64,000 bases of DNA from Mobula hypostoma (lineage: Eukaryota), in assembly GCF_963921235.1 (NCBI RefSeq), contig NC_086107.1, positions 110,672,001 through 110,736,000 on the forward strand. Reading direction: 5' to 3'. A program made the position numbers and the translations under genes. The notes below the pieces were generated by a model, which saw only the letters and a program-made list of their open reading frames with translations, was not told the origin of the DNA and did no database searches. Below, in pieces: positions 13,381-25,012 of the stretch (position 1 is the first letter of the stretch; every line of letters starts with the position of its first letter).

Positions 13381-13619
13381 GGCTGATCTCAAAATCATAA
13401 TCAGGTTTAATATCACCGGCATGTGCTGTGAAATGTGTTAACTTTGAGGCAGCAGTACAATGCAATACCTGATGATGTAGAGGAAAGTAAACTGTGAATT
13501 ACAGTAAGTATATTAAATAGTTAAGTAAGTAGTGCAAAAGTAGAAATTATAAAATAGTGAGGCAATGTTCGTAGATTCAATGTCCATTCAGAAATCAGAT
13601 GACAGTGGGGAAGAATTAA

Positions 13620-14108
13620 TTAATCAATTGACTTAATTCCCAGGATGGCGGGACTGTCATATGTTGAAAGATTGGAGCGACTGGTGTTGTATACACTGGA
13701 ATTTAGAAGGATGAGAGGGGATCTGATTGAAACATATAAGATTATTAAGGGATTGGACACGCTAGAGGCAGGAAACATGTTCCCGATGTTGGGGGAGTCC
13801 AGAACAAGAGGCCACAGTTTAAGAATAAGGGGTAGACAATTTAGAACGGAGTTGAGGAAAAACTTTTTCACACAGAGGGTTGTGGTTCTGTGGAATGCTC
13901 TGCCTCAGAAGGCAGTGGAGGCCAATTCTCTGGATTCTTTCAAAAAAGAGTTAGATAGAGCTCTTAAAGATAGCGGAGTGAAGGGATATGGGGAGAAGGC
14001 AGGAACAGGGTACTGATTGTGGATGATCAGCCATGATCACAGTGAATGGTGGTGCTGGTTCGAAGGGCTGAATGGCCTACTCCTGCACCTATTGTCTATT
14101 GTCTATAA
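13620..14108 (+). mobile_element. Young 5'-truncated CR1 LINE
   Basis: Uninterrupted 123-aa C-terminus LSYVERLERL.LYTLEFRRMRGDLIETYKI...RTRGHSL...FFTQRVV.LWNALP; (attgtct)n tail. Confidence 0.9.
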
Positions 14109-15119
14109 GGAGCTGTCCCTGAATCAGCTAGGCTTCTGTACCTCCTTCCTGATAGTAGCAATGAGAAGAGGGCATGTCCTGGCTGATGGGGGTCCTTAAT
14201 GCCACCTTTTTGAGGCATCGCTCCTTAGAGATGCCCTGGGTACTATGGAGGCTAGTGCCCATGATGGAGCTGACTGACTTTATATCTCTCTACAGCTTTC
14301 TTCGATCCTGAGCAATGTAACCTGGCGGCTTTTGAACTCAGTCCCCCAGCTAATGAAGGTCAACGCACCATACGCCTTCTTAACCGCCCTATCAGCAACT
14401 TTGAGGGATCTGTGGACGTGGACCCCAAGATCCCTCTGTTTGCTGTTCGCAGTTGCAAAAGGACGTTTCTGGAGAATCTCTATTCAAAGTGATCCAAGCG
14501 TGTTTCTTCCTCTGTTAGCGCTACCGGTCTGAAAGAGCACAATAGCTTTGTGAGGACCGCAAGCTTCCCCACTGTGCTGGTGCTGTTGACAGCACAGACA
14601 CACACACTGCATTGCATCGCTGCCCTTTGCCAGAGATGAAAGCGATTCCACCTGTGTCCAGTCAGTGTGTGGTCAGTGCGGATCAATGTCCAATACCCTG
14701 GCAACAGGCCTGATCCCTTTGTGGGGCTGGGGCTGGCGTGAGTCTCTTGTGCCAGCCGCAGTGACAAGCCGTGGGGTGTCAGTGGGTGAGAGGGTTTTGT
14801 CTCCTGACGACATCACCGGCTGTGCAAGCTCAAACCGGGACGCAGAATCCAAAAGAGCGGATCGCTGCTGCGCCTGGGCTGCGGCCCCGTTGAACCCTGC
14901 GTCACGAGGGGGTTGCCTTTGCTTCCCACCCCCATGCTTGCTGGGCAGCCGGGGGACCAGAGATTTGTGCCCCGCTGCCCCCACGTATGCGTGAACAAAG
15001 CCGACCACTGCTCCCGCACCCGAGCGGACGAGTGCCTGGTGTCAAAGATGGTGCCATGCCCCTCGATGGCGACAGCAGGCACTCCTTTCTGGCATCTATC
15101 CCTGCACGTGGAGGCTTTG

Positions 15120-15945
15120 TAGGAAACGGTACGGTAGGGCTATGGTAGGAAACTTTGTCACATGGTGTGAGCAGAATTATCTGCAGCTTAATGTGAAAAA
15201 GACTAAGGAGCTGGTGGTAGGCCTGAGGAGAGCTAAGGTACCGGTGACCCCTATTTCCATCCAGGGGGTCAGTGTGGACATGGTGGAGGATTACAAATAC
15301 CTGGTGATACGAATTGACAATAAACTGGACTGGTCAAGAACACTGAGGCTGTCTACAAGAAGGGTCAGAGCCGTCTCTATTTCCTGAGGAGACTGAGGTC
15401 CTTTAACATCTGCCGGACGATGCTGAGGATGTTCTCCGAGTCAGTGGTGGCCAGTACGATCATGTTTGCTGTTGTGTGCTGGGGCAGCAGGCTGAGGGTA
15501 GCAGACACCAACAGAATCAACAAACTCATTCATAAGGCCAGTGATGTTGTGGGGATGGAACTGGACTCTCTGACTGTGGTGTCTGAAAAGAGGATGCTGT
15601 CCAAGTTGCATGCCATCTTGGACAATGTCTCCCATCCACTACATAATGGACTGGTTGGGCACAGGAGTACATTCAGCCAGAGACTCATTCCACCGAGATG
15701 CAGCACAGAGCGTCATAGGAAGTCATTCCTGCCTGTGGCCATCAAACTTTACAACTCCTCCCTTGGAGGGTCAGACACCCTGAGCCAATAGGCTGGTCCT
15801 GGACTTATTTCCTGGCATAATTTACATATTACTATTTAACTATTTATGGTTTTATTACTATTTAATTATTTATGGTGCAACTGTAACGAAAACCAATTTT
15901 CCCCTGGATCAATAAAGTATGACTATGACTATGACTACTATGACT
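15120..15945 (+). mobile_element. Rex/Babar-type LINE 3' region
   Basis: WCEQNYLQLNVKKTKELVV, YKYL..IDNKLDW, LRRLRSF and RKSFLPVAIKLYN motifs; AATAAA followed by (TATGAC)n tail. Confidence 0.85.
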
Positions 15946-16091
15946 TTCCTCAGTCTGTAGACGGGCCTACAAGCCCCCGGCTGGATCAGGGGTATGTGTG
16001 TGCCCACACCCTCTGCCGAACCATGCATATTATTTATTTAGTGATTCAGCACAGGTAACAGCACCTTGCAATCGCAAGGGAAGCATCACTC

Positions 16092-16770
16092 AAAAGGAGG
16101 AGGAGAAGATGGTGGTGCGACGCAGCGCGCCCGGCCGCTCTGAAATGATATCATATTTGTAAGTAGGTACTGTGCACAATCCTGACTTGATGCAGACAGA
16201 CGTGAGAAGCACGGAGGAGCATCTGGAGGAACTTCTGAAATGCCCACTTCGCTGCCGCTGCTACTGTGCGATCGAGAATCTCCGGAGGGGAAGGCCCCAA
16301 ATCCTCGGCTTTGCCTATTGCCCGTTGTCGGGGTCGAAGCGCTCGGCAGGGATGGTGCTCGGTGCTCGGTGTCGGAGGGCTGGCCCTAGGCTCGAAGTTT
16401 TCGGACGGACTCAGGGTCGGACTGTGGTCGGATGTTTCCAGGGTGCTGCATCAGCAAGTTTGCGGCACTGGAGGTTCATGGCAGGGAGAGTTTTTCTTCC
16501 TTCTACCGTCTGCGTGAGATGTTGGGGCTATCGGGACTTTGAGACTGTTTTTTACCGTGCCCATGGTCTGTTCTTTATCAAATTACAGTATTGCTTTGCA
16601 CTGTTGTAACTATATGTTATAATTATGTGGTTTTTGTCAGTTTTTCAGTCTTGGTTTGTCTTGTGTTTCTGTGATATCATTCTGGAGGAACATTGTATCA
16701 TTTCTTAATGCATGCATTTCTAAATGACAATAAAGGAGGACTGCGTGTCCTCATAATCTAATCTAATCTA
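16092..16770 (+). mobile_element. ~680-bp non-autonomous retroelement (GC-rich head, (AATCT)n tail)
   Basis: 7-bp TSD ATCACTC (16085-91 / 16771-77); full-length relatives at 52810-53440(-) and 60330-61005(-). Confidence 0.8.
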
Positions 16771-17069
16771 ATCACTCTCTGTCAGACCGCACGCCGCCTT
16801 CACGCACTGACTCCGATGCCTTCCTGTAGCAGGCAGTCACACAGTCCGCACCAATTCCATCTCCTCCAGCTCCTCCACCAACAAGTAGCTCGCTCTCAGG
16901 GTAGACCTGCAGTACCTGAAGCCTCCCCTCCTGTATAGCTGCAACAGGCAAGCCCGTGGCACGAGACCTACTCCTCCTTCAGACCCAGGATAGATCTTCA
17001 GAGATGGGTCAATGGTCCACTGAGTTCTGTCACTTCGTCAAGCATCAAGTCTCAAGGGCATATTGACCT

Positions 17070-17410
17070 GTGGAATATTGAAAGGCCTTGACAGAGTGGA
17101 TGTGGGGAGAATATTTTCTATAGTGGGGGAATCTAGGGCCGGAGGGCACAGCCTCAGAATAGCGGGACGAGATGAGGAGGAATTTCTTTAGCCAGAGGGT
17201 GGTAGAGCTGTGGAATTCATCGCCACGGACAGCCGAGGAGGCCAAGTCGTTGGTGTATTTAAAGCAGAGTGTGATAGGTTCTTGATTAGTCAGGGCGTCA
17301 AGGTTACGGGAGGATGGGATTGAGAGGGAAAATGAATCAGCCTTGATAGAATGGAGGAGCAGACTAGCTGAGCTGAATGGCTTAGTTCTCTGTTCCTTTG
17401 TCTTGTGCTC
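17070..17410 (+). mobile_element. CR1 LINE 3' end
   Basis: gggcacagcctcagaat...aggaatttctttagccagagggtggt motifs. Confidence 0.8.
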
Positions 17411-18281
17411 TTCATGAATGGGACTTGGCAGCTGAAACATAATGTGGGAAAATGTTTTGCTATCCACCTTGGCAGAAGGAAAAAGCGATACAACATCCTT
17501 TTTTTAAAAATTGTGTGAGATTGAAAGTAGTTTAGAATGGTTGGGTGTAATGGACACAGATATACAGAAGTAAACATCTTACTGTGACTACGTAGAGCCT
17601 GCCGATATTCCGTCTGAATTACTGCGCATAATTCTGTACTCGGTATCCAAAGCACATTGTATTTACAATAGCAACACACACAAAATGCTGGAAGAACTCA
17701 GCAGGTCAGGCAGCATCTATGGAGAGGAATAAACAGTTAATGTTTCTGGCTGACACCCCCAATGAAGCCATTACCTGGCCACCCGTTTGTCTTGTGGCAG
17801 TTTTGGTCTGTGTTCCGCCGCTAGTTCTGAGCACCTTCATAGTGATTCATTTGCCTTGGCTGAATAACAATGCTCACCGCCTCAGACCTAAAAACAGTAA
17901 GCAAATTCAAGGCTGGCACAAATGAAAGGAATCTGTCAAGTACTGAGTCCAAGGTACTTGTATCCCTTAAGACCAGGCATTTTTAAATAGACTCCAGCCC
18001 GCACGAGGGATGGATCATTTCCTTCACACTTCACATCTCCTCTCTCAAAAAGTGCCGTGGTTGATTTGGGAGGTTGGAATGGAAGTGTGTTCTCCTAGGA
18101 GCTGGTGTCACTGTAGTATTAAGTCCTAAAGCAAGCCTCCTCAGAAGTGTCTTGTGCTGTGTTGACACCGGTGTCTCAAATCACAGTCACTGGAGCTGTG
18201 CCCCGAGGCACAGTAGCCTGTTGCCGATTTTTTTTCCCAATAATTTGTCTGCTGTGAAGTCTTGGAAATAAGGGTTCTTTT

Positions 18282-18963
18282 AACACACATCAAAGTTGCT
18301 GGTGAACGCAGCAGGCCAGGCAGCATCTCTAGGAAGAGGTGCAGTCGACGTTTCAGGCCGAGACCCTTCGTCAGGACTAACTGAAGAAAGAGTGAGTAAG
18401 AGATTTGAAAGTTGGAGGGGGAGGGGGAGATCCAAAGTGATAGGAGAAGACAGGAGGGGGAGGGATGGAGCCAAGAGCTGGACAGGTGACTGGCAAAAGG
18501 GATACGAGAGGATCATGGGACAGGAGGTCTGGGAAGAAAGACAAGGGGGGGGACCCAGAGGATGGGCAAGGGGTATATTCAGAGGGACAGAGGGAGAAAA
18601 AGGAGAGTGAGAGAAAGAATGTGTGCATAAAAATAAGTAACAGATGGGGTACGAGGGGGAGGTGGGGCATCAGCGGAAGTTAGAGAAGTCGATGTTCGTG
18701 CCATCAGATCCCTTTTGCCAATCACCTGTCCAGCTCTTAGCTCCATCCCTCCCCCTCCTGTCTTCTCCTATCATTTTGGATCTCCCCCTCCCCCTTCAAC
18801 TTTCAAATCCCTTACTCACTCTTCCTTCAGTTAGTCCTGACGAAGGTTCTCGGCCTGAAACGTCGACTGCACCTCTTCCTAGAGATGCTGCCTGGCCTGC
18901 TGCGTTCACCAGCAACTTTTATGTGTGTTGCTTGAATTTCCAGCATCTGCAGAATTCCTGTTG
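18282..18963. mobile_element. Penelope-derived fold-back insertion (inverted pLTR arms) carrying two hammerhead ribozyme motifs
   Basis: 13-bp TSD TAAGGGTTCTTTT (18269-81 / 18964-76); arms ~18282-18505 and ~18710-18930 are near-perfect reverse complements. Confidence 0.85.
18833..18868 (+). ncRNA. Minimal type-I hammerhead ribozyme motif (Penelope-type)
   Basis: AGTC-CTGACGA-AGG(ttctcgg)CCT-GAAAC-GTC^GACT: stem I AGTC/GACT, conserved core, stem II AGG/CCT, palindromic ACGT stem III. Mirror copy on the - strand at 18343-18378. Confidence 0.75.
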
Positions 18964-19254
18964 TAAGGGTTCTTTTGAACGTTTTCTTTTAAACTCCAAT
19001 TCTGAGAATGTTCAAGTAAAAACTGAAATGAGGTTAATAAAAGAAATGTTTCCTTTGATATGTCAACAACCAGCGGTTCTTTGACTCATTCTGGGAAAAC
19101 CAACCAGACCATGATCTGTGCCGTCTTGAGAAGCTCCATGTGAAAACCTTACATTGTTTCAGAGAGAGAGAGAGAGAGAGAGCTGGACCTCTGAATCAGC
19201 CACTCTTTCAGATACAGGAACTTATTTGTAATGTGGGCGTTGGTGGCAAATCCA

Positions 19255-19845
19255 TGCTTATGTTGAAACTTTATAAAACTGTTTTAAGGCCACATCTCAA
19301 GTATTGCATGCAGTTCTGGTCGCCTCATTTTAGGAGGGATGTTGAGGCTTTGGAGAGGGTGCAGAGGAGGTTCACCAGGATGCTGCCTGGTTTAGAGGGC
19401 ATGTACTGTCATGGGAGGCTCGATAAACTTGGGTTATTTTCTCTGGAGCGTCGGAGGCTGAGGGGAGAGAGGTTTACAAGATTATGAGAGGCATAGACAG
19501 AATGGACAGAGAGTATCTGTTTCCCAGGGGTGAAATGTCTAATACCAGAGGACATACGATAAAGGTGAGAGGGGGTAGGTTCAAGGGGGATGCGAGGGGT
19601 AAGTATTTTACTCAGAGAGTAGTGGATGCCTGGAATGTGCTGCCTGGTACGGTGGTAGAGGCAAATACATTAGAGGCTTTTAAGAGATGTTTGGATAGAA
19701 ACATGGATGTGAGGAAGATGGAGGGATATGGACATTGGGTAGCTAGGAGGGATTAGTGTTTGAGTGTTTTTGATTTGCTTTTTAGCTGGGTCAGTACAAC
19801 ATTGTGGGCCAAATGGCCTGTTCCTGTGCTGTACTCTTCTCCGTT
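19255..19845 (+). mobile_element. CR1 LINE 3' region
   Basis: LYKTVLRPHLKYCMQFWSPHFRRDVEALERVQRRFTRMLPGL and NTRGHTIK...FTQRVVDAWN. Confidence 0.9.
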
Positions 19846-20039
19846 CTGTAAACATTAGAGGTTTCGCAGATGCTGGAAATCCAGAGCACCGCACACAAAA
19901 TGCCAGAGGTCTCAGCTGGTCAGGCAGCATCTATGGAGAGGAATAAACGGTGAACGTAGTTGAATACAGGCCAACAACCTCGAGTCAGATTAATTCCGAG
20001 TGTGGTTGCTGATGTCAGCAGCTTCAGATTTATCACGTG

Positions 20040-20546
20040 TGTGCTCAGTGGCTGCTTTATTAAGGACCTCCTGCCCCTAATAAAGTGGCCACTGGGTGTA
20101 TGTTCATGGCCTTCTGCTGCCGCAGCCTTTCCACTTCAAGGTTTGACATGTTGTGCGTTCGGAGATGGTCTAATACACACCACTGTTGTAACGCGTGGTC
20201 ATTTGAGTTACTGTCGCGTATCTGCCATCCTGAACCAGTCTGGCCATTCTCCTCGAACCTCTCACACCACACAAAACAAAAATAGAAAATGAGCTGCAGT
20301 TCTGTGGGTGAAAACGCCTTGTTGATGAGAGAGGTCAGAGGAGAATGGCCAGACTGGTTCAAGCTGACAGGAAGGCGACAGTAACTCAAACAACTACACA
20401 ATAGTGGTGTGTAGAAGAGCATCTCTGAACGCACAACACGTCAAACCTTGAAGTGGATGGGCCACAGCAGCAGAAGACCATGAACATACACTCAGTGGCC
20501 ATTTCATTAGGTACAGGAGGTACAGAATAAAGCGGCTACTGATCGT
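20040..20546. mobile_element. Tc1-derived fold-back (two opposed copies of the same element end)
   Basis: 20040-20262 and 20325-20546 are imperfect reverse complements of the segment seen at 3650-3880, each ending in a double-TIR mini-hairpin. Confidence 0.8.
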
Positions 20547-21384
20547 ATAATCCGTTAGTTATTTTAACATGACGTGATGGTAAGTACTGTTGAAAGGAGA
20601 GAACTTGAACGTAACTGAGGTTATGAACACTTGCTGGACGGGTAATTAATCAACTTTATAGCTCTTACTGATTCTTCCTGCACAGTCTGGAGAAATTGAA
20701 GTAGAGTGTCTTAGCAAGGCACCAACGTCTGGTCCAAGTACCAAGGGACTCTATTGTTAGGATTCTGGGTTACGCACAGGTACACAAAATGTGAGTCACG
20801 TTGCATGGGAGGGGCTCAGTTTCTGGGAGAGAATGGTGTCACTGCAGGTAAGGAGGTTTCTGCACCAGCTAATTAGTAGAGATAAAGGCTCGAGCGATGT
20901 GACGAAGGCAAAGGACGGGCGTTTGCCTCCGCAGCATCGCTTAAGCACGGCGCGGAGCGAGACGGTTGGGCGCAGTGAGCTCCCATGAACGATGATGCGA
21001 TAATGTCCACCCTCCCTGCTCTTCTTCCACATAGTGCCATGGGATCCTCTACACGCGGCTGAGGGGAGGGACAGAGCCTTGGACTGACATCTCGTCCCTG
21101 AGAACGGTACTTCCGACGGTGCAACCCAGTTCCAGTACTCCCCGTACTGCAGAGAAACGTCTATGCTTCGACCAATTCCACGACCCTGCTTCGCAACTCG
21201 CTGTAAGTTTTGCTCTTTGATTGCAGGAAACAGGAAAGTAACGCTTGTGACTGCTTTGGGGGAATCACTCTGAGGTGATGGTGGCCAGTTTAGTCCTGAA
21301 AGTGGCTCTCGGGAAAGCAGTACTTTGCAAAATGAGACGCCGTGGACAATGACCTTCAGTTATCCTGCTGAATGTTGGTCTGAA

Positions 21385-21845
21385 ACATAGAACATAGAAC
21401 AGTACAGGCCATTTGGCCCGCAGTGTTGTGCTGACCTTTTAGTTTACTCCTAGATCAGCCTAACCCATCCCTATCAACCACAGAACATTACAGCACAATA
21501 CAGGCCCTTCACCCACAATGTTGTGCTGACCTTTTTACCTGCTCCAAGATCAATCTAACCCTTCCCTTTGGAACATAGAACAGTACAGGCCATTCGGCCC
21601 CTAGTGTTGTGCTAACCTTTTAACTTACTCCAAGTTCAATCTAATCCTTCCCTACCAAACACAGAACACTACAGCCCAGTACACGATGATGTGCCGATCT
21701 CATAACCTACTCAAGGATCAATCTAATCCCTCCCTATAGAAAATAGAACAGCACAGCACAGTACAGGCCCTTTGGCCCACAATTTGTGCTGACCCCTTAA
21801 CCAACTCAGAGATCAATCTAACCCTTCCTTCCCACACAGCCCTAA
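21385..21845 (-). repeat. Head-to-tail array of ~5 CR1 3'-terminal units (~75-100 bp)
   Basis: Repeated agaac...tacaggcc...tgttgtgctgacc...gatcaatctaaccc. Confidence 0.75.
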
Positions 21846-22054
21846 TCTCCCTAAAGCCCCCTAACGTATGTTCCTCCACTTCCACCCCCGGCAGGTGCAT
21901 TTCACGGATGGCACGATAGCATAGTTATTGCTTTGCAGCGCCAGCGATTCGAAGCTCGGAGGTCAATTCCTGTCACTGTCCTGTAAGGAGTTTATACATT
22001 CTCCCTGTGCGTGGGGTTCCTCCCACACTCTAAAAGACGTATGGATTAGAGTTA

Positions 22055-22277
22055 ACAACAGGAATTCTGCAGATGCTGGAAATTCAAGCAACACACATCA
22101 AAGTTGCTGGTGAACGCAGCAGGCCAAGCAGCATCTATAGGAAGAGGCGCAGTCGACGTTTCAGGCCGAGACCCTTCGTCAGGACTAACGAAGGGTCTCG
22201 GCCTGAAACGTCGACTGCACCTCTTCCTATAGATGCTGCTTGGCCTGCTGCGTTCACCAGCAACTTTGATGTGTGTT
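22055..22277. mobile_element. Short Penelope-derived hairpin insertion with hammerhead motif, inside a V-SINE
   Basis: TSD GTATGGATTAGAGTTA (22039-54 / 22278-93); ~90-bp inverted arms; complete hammerhead on the - strand (~22151-22188); the + arm lacks CTGA. Confidence 0.85.
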
Positions 22278-22554
22278 GTATGGATTAGAGTTAGTGAGTT
22301 GTGGCCGTGCTGCGTTGGGGCCGGAACATGACGATGCTTACCCGCTGGCCCCAGCACTATGCTCGCTGATTTGACGCAAACGCCACACTTCACTGTGGGT
22401 TTCGATATACATACATGTGATAAATGGAACTAATCTTTAGTCTTTAGTCATTCATGCAGAGGCCTGTTCAAATGTGGGGAAAGCGTTCTCTCCAACCCCC
22501 TTTCAGGCAGGAGCTCCAGGCTCCCACCTTCTTAATCTCCATCCAATTCTTCTA

Positions 22555-23060
22555 CCTTGTCCCGATCCAAAATGTCAACTGCCTACTTCCTTTCACAGAT
22601 CGAGACCGTATCTTGATCCAAAACATCAACTGTCCATTTTCTTCCACAGATCGAGACAGTGTCTTGACCTGAAATGTCGAATGCCCATCTCTTTCTACAA
22701 ATCGAGACCATGTCTCAACTCGAGACATCGACAGCCCATCTCCTTCCACAAATCGAGACCATGTCTCAACTCAAAACGTTGACTGTCCATCTTCTTCCAC
22801 AAATCGAGATCATGTCTCAACTCAAAACGTCGACAGCCCATCTTCTTCCACAAATCGAGATCATGTCTCAACTCAAAATGTCGACAGCCCATCTTCTTCC
22901 ACAAATTGAGACCATGTCTCAACTCAAAATGTTGACTGCCCATCTTCTTCCACAAATCGAGATCATGTCTCAACTCAAAACGTCGACGGCCCATCTTCTT
23001 CCACAAATCGAGACCATGTCTCAACTCGAGACGTCGACAGCCCGTCTCCTTGCACAGATG
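22555..23060 (+). repeat. 51-bp minisatellite, ~10 copies
   Basis: Unit ~tccacaaatcgagaccatgtctcaactcaaaacgtcgacagcccatcttct; gives the 17-aa QIETMSQLKTSTAHLLP periodic ORF. Confidence 0.9.
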
Positions 23061-24379
23061 CTGCCTGGCGCACTGAGTTCCTCCAGCAATTTGTTATTGG
23101 CTATTTCCACTTTGCTAATGGAAACAGTTCCCTCCTGGTCACCCCGCCATAATTTTGCACACCGCAGTTACCTCTCCCATCACCTCCTCCTATGATGTTT
23201 ATACTTAGGATTGGGATCTATTTACAGATCCCTCACTCACTGTTTACTATTTCACACTCGATAAGCCGAACGGCCTAATTCTGCTCCTAGGTTTCACAGT
23301 CTTACGGCCAACTCAGTTCCAAAAGAGATAGCCCTGTGTCTTGACAGACCACCTCATCAGGTTCAAGGTTGCTTAACGTCATTTCCCATACACAAGTGCA
23401 AGGGAGAATGAAATAATTGTTACTCCAGATCTGATGCAGCATAAAAATCGTCACTAGCCTTGCTCACAATTCCTTTGTACCCTCTCCTCTGCATCTTCAG
23501 AAGCGTTACAATGCTCCAGTCATGGTCTTCTGGTCCTTATCCTCCATGCACCTTAGCCAATAAAGACATGCCTTCTTCCCCATCTTGCCCACCTGTCCTG
23601 CTTACCTGCAGGAAATTTGTGAAAAACACCTTTTGTCAACAACCTTCTAAAATTCATCAACGTTGCTTCAAAGTTTCTTCTATTTATTTAGTGATACACT
23701 GAAATGGAGACACCTCTTTCTCCCTTATTAGAGAGAGAGAGAGAGAGCCTGTGGTATGTCGAATACCGGGTGAGCACATAGTCTTTGGAGTACTGCAAGT
23801 CTGTGTCTTTGCTGTTGCTTTGCTCGCGCTTGAGTGCTCGGTGGCGGGTGCCGATACTTTTTTTTGCCGGTGGGGGGAGGGGGGATCATTGCTTGCTGCT
23901 GCTTACGCGTGGGAGGGAGGGGAATGGGGGGGAGACTTTGGGGTTCTAACATTTAACTGTCATTTATTTTTGGGGCACTCCTCTGTTTTCGTGGATGGTT
24001 GCGAAGAAAAAGCATTTCAGGATCCAATAAAAGCATTTTGTTGAATATATTTCTCTGACATTAAATGTACTTTTGAAACTTTTTGAAACTTTGAAACAAT
24101 GTGGAATAGGCCCTTTTGGGCCTTCGAGACGTGCCGCCAACAACCCCCAGCAACCTTGATTTAACCCTAACTAATCTCAGGACAGTTTACAAGGACCAAT
24201 TAACCTACTGACTGGTATATCTTTGGGCTGTGGAAGGAAGCCGTATAAACCGGTGAAAACCCATGCATTGCACAAGGAGGATGCACAGATGATGTCAGGA
24301 TTGAACTCCAAACTTCGATGCCCCGAGCTGTAACAGCATCGCGCTAACTGCTGCTGTGGTGCCCAATGTAACTCCTTGT

Positions 24380-24800
24380 CAATTCTTCAGAAAGAGAGAG
24401 ATTGCCTTCATTTAGCAAAACCCCGCTGTCTTTATTAGATTAACCTGTGTCCCTATAAATGATGATTAATGCCATCCTTCAGGGCTTTTTCCAATAATTT
24501 TCCTGCACCTGGTGTCAGGCTATCTGGCCTGCAGTGAGTCCATCTGCCCTCCTCTCCCTTATTAAGCAATCGGCAGCTTTTGAGGCCTTTAGCACTAGGC
24601 CTGAGGCCAAAGAGCACAGGGAAACGATATCTGAGTCTGCGCTAGTTCCTCACTTGTTTCCTTTGAGATCCTGGGGTACATTTCATTTCAGCCTGGTGTT
24701 TTAGCCATTTCTAGAAATGCTGAAACCTTCAATAAATCCTTTCTCTCTATGTTAATACCACTCATTACTTCTCACTGATGATGCCTCAGTCATCTCCATT
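24380..24800 (-). mobile_element. Ancient CR1 RT remnant
   Basis: Reverse complement actgcaggccagatagcctgacaccaggtgcaggaaaa resembles the codons for N(Y)RPVSLTS..GK. Confidence 0.5.
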
Positions 24801-25012
24801 TCCCATGAAGACAATGCAAAGTGTTCTCCCAGAAGTTTGTACGTCTCTCCCAGTCCCAGACTTAGTTTAATGCAAAGGTCAAAAAGTCAAAATAAAGTTA
24901 TCATCGAAGTTCGTAGATGTCAACTATTTTAAGATTCATTTTCTTGCCGGCATTTACAGGAAATTATAGAAATAGAATAGATTTATGAAAAACGATACCT
25001 AAACAAAGACTG

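Noticed and set aside
14562..14590. RE1/NRSE silencer (CAGCACC..CACAG on - strand)
   Set aside because: Spacer and right half-site deviate from TTCAGCACCnnGGACAG; too weak to call.
16172..16609. 145-aa ORF also present at 60494-60934
   Set aside because: Shared only because both are copies of one repeat; non-ATG start, no recognisable domain, and not kept in the third copy.
22674..23195. 173-aa repeat protein or CRISPR-like array
   Set aside because: It is a 51-bp tandem repeat with no unique spacers and no cas genes, in vertebrate DNA; the ORF is a by-product of the unit length being a multiple of 3.
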